64,000 nucleotides of DNA, from contig JBKJLC010000079.1 in the NCBI GenBank assembly GCA_046597055.1, positions 1 through 64,000 of the forward strand. The letters run 5' to 3'. The DNA is from Kofleriaceae bacterium (GTDB lineage Bacteria; Myxococcota_A; Polyangia; Haliangiales; Haliangiaceae). The notes beneath the pieces are model-generated. The model was given only the letters and a program-made list of their open reading frames with translations, searched no databases and was not told the origin of the DNA. Shown piece after piece: positions 55,501 to 64,000 of this stretch. The translations under genes and the position numbers were made by a program. Within the stretch, counting starts at the first letter, position 1. Each line of letters opens with the position of its first letter.

Positions 55501-58500
55501 CCACATCGTCGTGGTGATAGGTCGTGACCGCGAAGCCGTCGCCCTGGGGCACGCCGCTGGGGTTCAGGTGCCAGCGCTTCTCGGTCACGAGCCGCGCCCG
55601 GCGGTCGTACTCGAGCTCGACCGCCGCCACCAGGCCCACGGTCCCGACCACGGGCGGACCCGCCGGCGGGCTCCCATGGTTGTAGTGCGCTTGCCACACG
55701 ACGTTGCTCAGCTCGTCGTAGCCGGTGCGGATCGAGCCGCCGTCCGGGTGGCGCTCGAAGATCGGTCGCCCGAAGCCGTCGTACTGCCAGGTCGTCTCCA
55801 GCCCACGGGCGTCGATGGCCGCGAGGAGCTGACCGTTTGGGTGATAGCGGTAGGTCGCGATCGTCCCGGCCGCATGGCTGCCGGACACGCGCGCCGGGCA
55901 GGCGTCATCCCACTCGGCCGCGGACGGCCCCAGGGCCCCCGCCATGATCGACGTCACCCGGCCCTCGCCGTCGTGGCCATAGCGGGTGCGGATTCCCTCG
56001 GCGCTCACCGTCTCGAGGATTCGCCCCGCCGGGCCCTGCTCCTGACACCGGGTCGCCGGCAGCAGACTCCCGTCGAGCGCGCGCCGCGTCGCGGTGACGG
56101 TCGCGCCGGTGGCGTCGTAGGTGATGTCCACCGCCTGGCGTGCGCCGGTGATCGTCTCGACCTGCGCGTCGTCGTCGTACCCGTAGGTCACTGCGCGGGT
56201 GAGCCCGTCAGCCTCCCAGCCGCGCCCGTGCAGCAGCGGCCCTTCCCAGTCGAAGGTCTGGACCAGGCCGAGCGGGGACACGGACCGGGTCGGGCGACCT
56301 GCGGCGTCGCTCATCACTTCGCTCCGCGCGGGCACAGCGCCCGCGACATCGACGATGGTCGAGCGCACCGTGCCGTTGGTGCGGTCGTAGGCGATCTGGG
56401 TCACCGCACCATCGGGGCCGGTCACCGTCGCAGGCGCGCTGCGGTCGGGGCCGGGGCCGCCGACCAGGCCGAGCCGGGTGACCAGGCCGTCGGCCGCGAT
56501 CACCGCGCGCAAATTGCCCGCGCTGTCGTATTCGCGGCGCTCGAGGATGCGCGACGTATCGCGCGGATCCCACACGACCGACATGCGGGCCGGCCAGTCG
56601 GTCCATCCGAGCTGGCGGCGGATCGGGGCCCCGCCGTCGGCGGGCAGGTCGAGCACGCGCGCCAGATTGCCTCGGGGATCGTACGTCAGGCACTGGCGTG
56701 CCCCGGTGGGCGTCAGAACGCCGACGACGCGGCCGTCTGGATCGTAGTTCATCCACGAGGCCGCCCCGGTGTCGTGGTTCCGTGTGTGCACCAGCCGCCC
56801 GGCCGCATCGGCGTAGTAGGTCCAGAACGCGCCGTGCAGATCGTGCAGCACGGTCGCCTGGGTCGGCCGCGGGCCGCTCCCCCAGTCGATCCCGACGGGC
56901 GTCGACGGATCGCACGGCACCTCATGCACCGTGTCGAGCCGATCGGCGTCGCTGTAGAACAGGTCCGCGGGCGGCATCGCGGGCGGGTAGGTCAGATCGG
57001 GCCCGGTCTCGTCGCTGAAGTGGAAGACGTAGAGCGGCTCGGTCGCGGCCAGCCCCTCGTCGCCAGGTCGTGCCGCGGGCGCGCTGAACAAGGGCACGCT
57101 CGCGTAGAGCGGCTGGGCCCGCAGCTCGGCCAGCTTGGCGGCGGAGCTGCTCGCAGCCACCGTTCGCTGGTAGCGGCCATTGCCGTGGCTGACGAGCACG
57201 AGCGGCGTCCGCACCGGCGCCAGCGCGCTCGGGCGGAAGTGGCTGCTGGTGATCGACGCCTGCCCCGTGCGCGCGAACGCCGCCGCCGCGCCGTCCGGCG
57301 CGAGACTGGCGAGGGGCGCCGTCCACAGATCGCCCTTGTCGCAGGCGTCTTCCGGCGTGATCGACAGCTCGTGCTCGCCGGTGCGCTCGACGTGGAACGG
57401 CCGGGTGCAGGCGCCCGCGGCCATGACCGCGGCGCTGGTCGGGCGCCCCGGGTAGACCCGGATGGAGACGCCGTCGCCCCATACCGTCAGCCCGCCGACC
57501 TGGCCGAGGCGCACCGCCGCCGCCTTGTCGCCGGCGACGGCGACTGCACCGCCCGGATCGAAGGTCAGCACGACCGTGCCCTCGGGCAGCGCCAGCTCGA
57601 GCCGGTGCGGGGCCTTGTCGAGCGGGGAGCGCGACGCAACTCGCGCCGCGATCGTGCCGGTGCTGCCGCCCGTATCGATGCGCACGAAGGTCGGCGCCAG
57701 CCGGGTCGTTGCCTTGAAGGTTGCCTTGACGAACGACCAGCCGCCGAGCGGCGTCTCGTCCGGCCCCACCGCCGGGAAGTCGAACATCACATCGCCCCAC
57801 GGCACGATCAGGTGGCGCGGCGGCCTCACCGGTTCGGCCGTGCACGCGTACGGACAGATCGTCGGGGGGCGGAAGTCCGCGGGCGCCGCGACCATGCCGG
57901 CCGCCCACGTCGCCGGCGCCGAGTTCGCCGCCGTCAGATCCACCCGGCTCAACGCCGCCGTCCGCGTCCCGTAGCGCTGAGCGGTGACGGTGTCGAAGTC
58001 GGGCGATGCGAGGTCGGTACCGTAGGTGTTCTCGAGGTACAGCGCCCCGTTGCCGTCGGTGACCCGCACCAGGTTGAAGTTCAGGTCCGCGAGATAGCCA
58101 TACTTGGGCCCCACGAACGGCCCGCTCGCGTGGGCGTCGTCAACGCACGCCGCCGTGCACGACGTCTCGCACGTGCCCGCCAGGTCGAGCCCGGTGCAGT
58201 AGGTCGCGCAGTCATTGACGTGACAGCCCGCCGCACAGGCCGCGCCGCAGTCCGCCCGGCAGCCGGAATTGCATCCGCCCCTGCAACCTCTGTCGCAATC
58301 GTCATAGCAAGCGTTGCGTGCCTGCCTGAGGCACCCGTAGTTCTCGCTCCACGTGCTCGCGGTGCCCGCGCACTCGATGAGGTCGTTGTATTCCTGGCTG
58401 CCAGGTGCCGGCGTCAGCCTCGCAAGGTCCGCGCACCCGCCAGGTGCGGGACAGTCGCTCACGTGGCCGAAGCCGAGGAACGTGTTTTTACACTCGTCCT

Positions 58501-60478
58501 CGCAGCTCGCGCCGGCGGTACACCCGCCGCCATTGCAGTCGTCTCCGTAGGCGCAGCAGTTGGCGATATCCGTGTGGCAGATCTGATCCTTGGCGGCCTC
58601 GGTATGCCTCCAGGTACAGCCCTCCCAGGGCGGCCACCTCCACCCCAGACAGCCGAACGTCTCCATGACCGCCGTGACCGAGACGATGAATGCATCCAAC
58701 GTGTCCTCGACGAGGTCGTGCGGTCCATGCCAGCGCGAGCATTCCGCTGGGACCTCGACCGAGGTGGTCGTATTGCCACCCTGGCCTGCTCCGACCGGGA
58801 TGTTGACGACGCCCGCCGCGCATTGGAAGACCGCTTCGCACTGACCGCCCGTCTCCGCATCGCACGCGTCCGCACAGGCCGCGCACCCGGCCGCGGCGGT
58901 GTCCTGGTACAGGTCCTCGCAGTACGACCGGAGCGAGTCGAGTTTTTCGGGTGTGGTGCACTCGTCGAAGCACGAGTCCCCACATGCTCTGCCGCAGCCG
59001 GTCGAACACTCGTCTTCGCACGCGTCGGTGCACGTCTCGTTGCACGCCGGACACGCCGCCAGGCACGCCCCGGTGGCCGCACGCACCGGCGCATCACACG
59101 CGCCACCGGCGTCGCACGACCGCGACGAGACCGCGCAGGCGTTCGCGCACGTGCGCTCGAGCTGCAGCTCGGGGATCCAGGGCCCCACGGTGCGCCCGGC
59201 CTGGACGTCGTACTCGTAGCGCTCGCTCCGTCCGTCGGCGCGGCGCGCGAGTTCGAGCCCGCCGTTGGCCCCGTACTCGTAGCTCGCGGACATCCCCGAC
59301 CGCGCCTCCGCAACGCGCTTCAGCCGATCGCTCCCATCGTAGGTGTACTCGATGCGGCGCCCCACGCTGTCGGTCACCGCGGCGAGGCGCCAGTCTTGCT
59401 GCGCCCCCGGCTCCCATCCGAACGTCAGGCCGATCCCGTTGGCATCGGTCCACGCCGCCAGGAGGCCCCGGCCGTCGAAGCGACGGATCTCGCCGCCCCG
59501 GTCGCGCAGCTCCCACGTGATCGCGTGCGCGCCCTCGGTCCCCACCAGCGAGAGGTCCGCGACGTCGCTCTGATAGGTGACGCGCTGCGCCTGCCGCGAG
59601 ACCTCCCGGAAGCGAAACGTCGCGCCGGTCCCCGACGACAGCAGCATGACCGGCCCGCAGATCGGATCCTGGTTGATCTCATCCGGGACCGGCAATTCGC
59701 CTTGCGGCCCCGTGGGGGTGCTCGTCGTCGGCGCCGAGAACGACACTGGGGCCGGAGCCGCGACCAACCGCTGGTTGTAGGAGACGTCCCAACCGGGCCC
59801 CAGCGGTCCCCGGTACTCGAGGCGGCTGCGGTAGATGCGGCGATGCGCGAAGCTCACGCCGAAGCCGGGCAGCGCCAGGTCGACATGCTCGATCACCAGC
59901 TCGCCGGTCACCGGATCGATCGGATCCGTGATCCCGTCCGCGACCTGCGCCGTCGGCGTGCTGCCATTCGGCGCCACGAACCGAGGCCCACCCTGGGTCT
60001 GGGGGAGTGGCACCGGTCCCCCTCGATTGCTCCACCACGAGGCCAGCAGCCGCTCGGTCGTCACCCGCCCGGTGGCGGCGCGGTCGGCCAGGTCCGTGTT
60101 GGCCGCCCAGAACGCCGCCGCCGTCGCTGGCGCCCTGCTCGCGTGGAACGACTCGACCGGAGGTGCCTCCAACGGAGGAGGCCGCACCTTCCGTTCCACT
60201 GCTCCGAACAGCGTCGCGCCGCGGTCGGCGCCGAGACTGCGACCGATCACCGGCTCGATCCGGCTTCCCCCGCCGGTGTCATCAGGGGCCCATGTGGAGA
60301 TGGTCTCGTCGCACTCCAGGCACGCATGCAGCGGCGCCGACGGATCGCAGTCGGGTCGGCGCCGGCACACCTCCGCGTTCGCGGTTGTAACCAGCGACGA
60401 GCCCGCCACGCCCAGCGCGGCCGCGATTGCCAGCGCGCCGGCGACCGCGACCAAGACACCACTTCGATGACGCCTCAT
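52568..60478 (-). CDS. Secreted Rhs/YD-repeat polymorphic toxin (signal peptide, DUF6531-like region, Cys-rich insertion, Rhs core, C-terminal toxin tip)
   Basis: N-terminal signal peptide; DPIDPVTGE...R.YRS...GPLG.GW; many YD..GR repeats; YHQDRQGS, GRFLSPDPIG, PLAFRDPMGL. Confidence 0.93.
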   Translation of the reverse strand: MRRHRSGVLVAVAGALAIAAALGVAGSSLVTTANAEVCRRRPDCDPSAPLHACLECDETISTWAPDDTGGGSRIEPVIGRSLGADRGATLFGAVERKVRPPPLEAPPVESFHASRAPATAAAFWAANTDLADRAATGRVTTERLLASWWSNRGGPVPLPQTQGGPRFVAPNGSTPTAQVADGITDPIDPVTGELVIEHVDLALPGFGVSFAHRRIYRSRLEYRGPLGPGWDVSYNQRLVAAPAPVSFSAPTTSTPTGPQGELPVPDEINQDPICGPVMLLSSGTGATFRFREVSRQAQRVTYQSDVADLSLVGTEGAHAITWELRDRGGEIRRFDGRGLLAAWTDANGIGLTFGWEPGAQQDWRLAAVTDSVGRRIEYTYDGSDRLKRVAEARSGMSASYEYGANGGLELARRADGRSERYEYDVQAGRTVGPWIPELQLERTCANACAVSSRSCDAGGACDAPVRAATGACLAACPACNETCTDACEDECSTGCGRACGDSCFDECTTPEKLDSLRSYCEDLYQDTAAAGCAACADACDAETGGQCEAVFQCAAGVVNIPVGAGQGGNTTTSVEVPAECSRWHGPHDLVEDTLDAFIVSVTAVMETFGCLGWRWPPWEGCTWRHTEAAKDQICHTDIANCCAYGDDCNGGGCTAGASCEDECKNTFLGFGHVSDCPAPGGCADLARLTPAPGSQEYNDLIECAGTASTWSENYGCLRQARNACYDDCDRGCRGGCNSGCRADCGAACAAGCHVNDCATYCTGLDLAGTCETSCTAACVDDAHASGPFVGPKYGYLADLNFNLVRVTDGNGALYLENTYGTDLASPDFDTVTAQRYGTRTAALSRVDLTAANSAPATWAAGMVAAPADFRPPTICPYACTAEPVRPPRHLIVPWGDVMFDFPAVGPDETPLGGWSFVKATFKATTRLAPTFVRIDTGGSTGTIAARVASRSPLDKAPHRLELALPEGTVVLTFDPGGAVAVAGDKAAAVRLGQVGGLTVWGDGVSIRVYPGRPTSAAVMAAGACTRPFHVERTGEHELSITPEDACDKGDLWTAPLASLAPDGAAAAFARTGQASITSSHFRPSALAPVRTPLVLVSHGNGRYQRTVAASSSAAKLAELRAQPLYASVPLFSAPAARPGDEGLAATEPLYVFHFSDETGPDLTYPPAMPPADLFYSDADRLDTVHEVPCDPSTPVGIDWGSGPRPTQATVLHDLHGAFWTYYADAAGRLVHTRNHDTGAASWMNYDPDGRVVGVLTPTGARQCLTYDPRGNLARVLDLPADGGAPIRRQLGWTDWPARMSVVWDPRDTSRILERREYDSAGNLRAVIAADGLVTRLGLVGGPGPDRSAPATVTGPDGAVTQIAYDRTNGTVRSTIVDVAGAVPARSEVMSDAAGRPTRSVSPLGLVQTFDWEGPLLHGRGWEADGLTRAVTYGYDDDAQVETITGARQAVDITYDATGATVTATRRALDGSLLPATRCQEQGPAGRILETVSAEGIRTRYGHDGEGRVTSIMAGALGPSAAEWDDACPARVSGSHAAGTIATYRYHPNGQLLAAIDARGLETTWQYDGFGRPIFERHPDGGSIRTGYDELSNVVWQAHYNHGSPPAGPPVVGTVGLVAAVELEYDRRARLVTEKRWHLNPSGVPQGDGFAVTTYHHDDVARTVSVTDDRGQTTRASYDGAGRPSEVRLPDGTTLTTRYDNGGRTVRTRRPGIGGVIDEVTNLTATGAVGKRAVERGTELRVLEALAYDDPFRVGGRTDASGVVTRMTYDAFDRSETTFTTLPDAGMQEQVKVGYDGDDRPVARTSLAGADSLPSSWGYGYDALGRLEREVDPVGAITATAYLGVTDLPETRLDPRGVRTAFTWAIGGELERAELVPPEASARVVLSYGYDTLGRMRRATRQDGGAAGATVTSTFGWDSLGNLAEESDDILGTTNARRHAFDGLGQRVRSIYGGEATVTRRFDALGRQQQLTIGAESVPTAMWEYGGLGGPRNRRLANGVVTGYDYDALSRLTGVTDRHTQTGALLASLEWELPLDGVPRRLRDQRGITAEPAVTVYGIDPLGRLAAEQTGVTATFQLGAFDGSAAATATALAATDAGRTQWAFDGRNNWTSRTVAAQATSYTRDARDAVTAIGATATGRDARGALVADDTAAYSYDALGYLASVKPTAAGGEGRRYQRDALGRVVTETNPTTGAVTRYGWDGVQLVFIGRPTGFLETVIAAEGLDQPVVTLDKLGARLYHHQDRQGSVYLLTDREGLPVRHLRYSAYGDVTLRDGQMNEVPASAMPSPFGYHGLPHDLALGLVDMRARTYRPALGRFLSPDPIGLAGGPSLFAFVGSAPLAFRDPMGLGSQAVGIQIGIPSPAAAEWLAGISDFGTSAWEREFVTSGRGGGWGSITALGVAREFETGSPLSPRVTTYDLVGYERREGTSGSPRFALFDRNGQHMGNVLLPERGLEPPPLIAELVLSFGTGGLVARLGVGVGKVIGGHIGGRIGRLAAPGSGSRWIDDAGLRLPNGAGGQRPPPGAPGASLPTPAAGGADDAVTGWRAVSRAEDDDIARYGFRPDPAGRSMESKWFSESRQGAEWFRKNMPGLDDVVEGRVPRSVYERSYRHPNIDGTGPGFCVECSDLPLITPVPK

Positions 60479-60748
60479 GTGCCGGCCTTATCCTCCAGCT
60501 GGCTCACGGGTTGCGAGCAAATCGAAGAAAACAACATTCTCGAGTTGCCTGGGACACCTGCGTCAGCCTCGAGGTAGTCGGGTAAGTGTCGGGTGCGGGG
60601 GCTTACGCTCTTGTCGACGAGCGTTGGCGGTCGCGAGGGGTGACCGCCGACGACGCGGCGCCGTCGGCGAGCACAACCGCGAGGCCGCGTCGCTGGTGGG
60701 CGCGTGGCTGGCGTGACCGGCGATCAGGGTGCGCCGGCGGCCGCCGCA

Positions 60749-61306
60749 TCACAGGCTGACGCCCAGCGCGACCGCGCTCGCCACCGCGGTCGCCGCGCCG
60801 GCGACGAAGCCGACCGCGAGCAGCGGCCACGGCTGGGTGGGGGCGCCCGCGGGCGCCGGCGCCAGCGCCATGCCGAGGTCGAAGCAGACCTCGTGCACCA
60901 CACCGGCGGTGGCGTCGACCAGGGCGACGCCGACCGCGCCGTAGGCGACCTGGTACTCGAGGAGCTGGCGGCGAGTGGCGCTGTTGCCGAGGCGCGGCGC
61001 CTCGCCGCCGGTCTTGACCTCGGCGACCCAGCGCTCGCCGTCGCGAGTGACGAGGTAGTCGCAGCGCAGGGCGGCGGCGTGGGGCGCGCCGTCGACGGTC
61101 AGCTGCCAGGCGTGGGTGGCCTGGGCGTCGTCGATCGTGAAGCCGGCGGCGGCCAGCAGCTCGACCGCGGCCAGCTCACCGGCGCGCGCGACCCGGGCCC
61201 GACGCCGGGCCGTGCGGCTGCGGCCGCGCCGCGCGATCGCGCGGACCAGCACGACCGCGAGCACGACGAGGGCCGCGCCGGCGCCGGCGAGGGCGAGGTC
61301 TCGCAT
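60749..61306 (-). CDS. Membrane-anchored PD-(D/E)XK nuclease-like protein
   Basis: TM at both ends; GE..A..LL...G, DYLV, AEVKTG, RQLLEY. Confidence 0.7.
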   Translation of the reverse strand: MRDLALAGAGAALVVLAVVLVRAIARRGRSRTARRRARVARAGELAAVELLAAAGFTIDDAQATHAWQLTVDGAPHAAALRCDYLVTRDGERWVAEVKTGGEAPRLGNSATRRQLLEYQVAYGAVGVALVDATAGVVHEVCFDLGMALAPAPAGAPTQPWPLLAVGFVAGAATAVASAVALGVSL

Positions 61307-61426
61307 CCGGGCGAGCGTGCACCGACCCTCTGATCGCGGTCCGCGCGGCCGGCCTGGAGCCCACGGCCCGCGCGGTGGCACGGGCCTGGTGCCGTTCGGC
61401 GCGGCCCCGCATCGTCGCGCGCGCGG

Positions 61427-62581
<1,155 letters not shown>

Positions 62582-62710
62582 GGCTTGTCCGATCGACCAG
62601 CGTCGAGGGCTGGCCTATTCCTGGATAGGCCGTGCCAGCCGAAACGTAAGAACCCCGCGGCTCCCCGATCGGGGAGGCCACGGGGCGTGCGCGCACGCAC
62701 ACCGGCGCGA

Positions 62711-63865
62711 TCAGGGCGGGAAGATCGTGGCGATATCCGGGACGATCCGCTCGGCCGCGACCTTGGGCACCACGCCGGGAACCCGGGTCCGCTCGGTGAG
62801 CACGTAGTACTCGGTCGTCGGCTGCGGCGCTGCCGGGGGCTTGGTCGGGTCGGTCACGGCGGTCGGATCGGTCACCGCCGCCGGCTCGCCCGGCTTCTCT
62901 TGCTTGAGCAGGTCGAGGCTGCCGAGCACCTTGCCGCGCGCGTCGCGGTAGGTGAGCTTGACCACGTTGCCGAGGCTCTTGGCGTCGAGCTTGGACTCGA
63001 AGCTGGTCGGCCGCAGCTTCTCGACCTTGTCGATGAAGTTGGCGGCCGCGGTGTCCGCGGCCTGGCCGGTGCCCCAGGTCTCGATCTGCTCGTCGTCGGT
63101 CGCCCCCGGCCCGTGCGGGTTGGGCTGCTTGTCGTCGGCCGGCTTCTTCACCTTGATGCGACTGACCGTCTTGGTCTTGCCGGCCGCGGCGATCTCGATC
63201 TGCATCGCCTCCTTGGGATCGAACGAGCGGATGTCGCTCGGCTTGAGCGCGCCCTCGCCGCCCTCGAGCGGCGTGATGAGCGAGCCGAGGATCACGAAGC
63301 CCTTGCCGGTGTCGACGTCGAGCACGTAGCGATCGCTGCCGCCGTAGACCCGGCCGCCGAGGACCAAGGTCTTGGCGCCATCGCGCATCACCAGCGAGAT
63401 CGTCTTGCTGGTATCGAGCAGCTCGTAGTCCTTCTTGGACGCCTCGGTCACCACCCCGAGCGACTTGATCGCGCGCATGCGGGCGAGGTCCTTGATCACC
63501 TTGTCGCCGGGCTCGCCGATCGGGAACTCGCGGGTGACCAGCTCCTCGGTGTACTCGGGCGCGGGCGGCGGCGGCACCGGGGCCGCCGGATCGGTCGGGG
63601 GCGGCGGCGGCGGCACCGGCTTGGCCTTCTTGGTCGTCTTGGTCTCGACGCCCCACCAGTAGGCGGCGGCGCCCTCGCCGCGGCGCTCGAGGCGCACGGT
63701 GCGCTCGGCGGTCGCCAGCTCGATCGTCTTGAGGTCGGCCTCGGTCCGGCTCCACATGACGACGTCGCCGACGGTCGGCTTGACGGTGTCGTCCTGGGTC
63801 CAGGTCCGGTAGCCGTAGACCAACATGACCGCGAGCAGCGCGGCGTGAACGATGACGCCTCTCAC
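62711..63865 (-). CDS. DUF4340-like protein
   Basis: N-terminal TM; YEL, LVLGG.V..G.DRY; coupled (GTGA) to the upstream gene. Confidence 0.65.
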   Translation of the reverse strand: MRGVIVHAALLAVMLVYGYRTWTQDDTVKPTVGDVVMWSRTEADLKTIELATAERTVRLERRGEGAAAYWWGVETKTTKKAKPVPPPPPPTDPAAPVPPPPAPEYTEELVTREFPIGEPGDKVIKDLARMRAIKSLGVVTEASKKDYELLDTSKTISLVMRDGAKTLVLGGRVYGGSDRYVLDVDTGKGFVILGSLITPLEGGEGALKPSDIRSFDPKEAMQIEIAAAGKTKTVSRIKVKKPADDKQPNPHGPGATDDEQIETWGTGQAADTAAANFIDKVEKLRPTSFESKLDAKSLGNVVKLTYRDARGKVLGSLDLLKQEKPGEPAAVTDPTAVTDPTKPPAAPQPTTEYYVLTERTRVPGVVPKVAAERIVPDIATIFPP

Positions 63866-64000
63866 GACGCCTTCTCCTGGCGAGCGGTCTTCTTGGCCGG
63901 CTTGCGGCGCGAGCGGCTCGCGATCATGAGCCCGAGGCCGAGCACCGCCAGCGGGGCGACGATCGTGCTGCCGGTGAACCACGCGGCCTGGCGCCGGGGC
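63862..64000 (-). CDS. C-terminal end of a membrane protein (possibly GldG-like), truncated by the window
   Basis: WFTGSTIVAPLAVLGLGLMIASRSRRK...stop, overlapping the DUF4340-like start. Confidence 0.5.
   Translation of the reverse strand, partial: PRRQAAWFTGSTIVAPLAVLGLGLMIASRSRRKPAKKTARQEKAS

Noticed and set aside
54425..60577. 2050-aa plus-strand ORF and many other long antisense ORFs
   Set aside because: Shadow frames of real genes in high-GC DNA; Arg/Gly/Ala-rich with no motifs.
60582..60606. GTAAG...CTTAC mini inverted repeat as an IS scar at the island edge
   Set aside because: Only 5 bp; expected by chance.
62612..62640. Sigma54 promoter for htrA (TGGCACG on the minus strand)
   Set aside because: The -12 element reads TCC rather than TGC; the region is also a simple hairpin.

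Overview
GC-rich bacterial genomic window, most likely from a myxobacterium (inferred from MYXO-CTERM-like tails, many lipoproteins, a DUF4157 protein, a Ser/Thr kinase, class II DAHP synthase and Chlamydia/plant-type FabI). About 60 genes, mostly housekeeping: lipid metabolism, xth, pyrB, ABC transporter, bfd-bfr with a Fur-like box, Fe-SOD and an HtrA protease. Accessory parts: (i) an IS66-type element end at the left edge beside a VOC gene; (ii) a three-gene operon encoding a TIGR04222 membrane protein with a Cys/Gly tail, a DUF692/MNIO oxidase and a small partner, followed by a cluster of REP-like inverted repeats; (iii) an ~9 kb island after sodB holding an ISAzo13 transposase remnant, a 2636-aa signal-peptide-bearing Rhs protein with a nested Cys-ladder insertion and an ART-like C-terminal tip, and an overlapping putative immunity gene that resembles a stand-alone EF-Tu domain III. 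No rRNA, tRNA or CRISPR array was found. All calls come from motif recognition by eye; no database searches were run.
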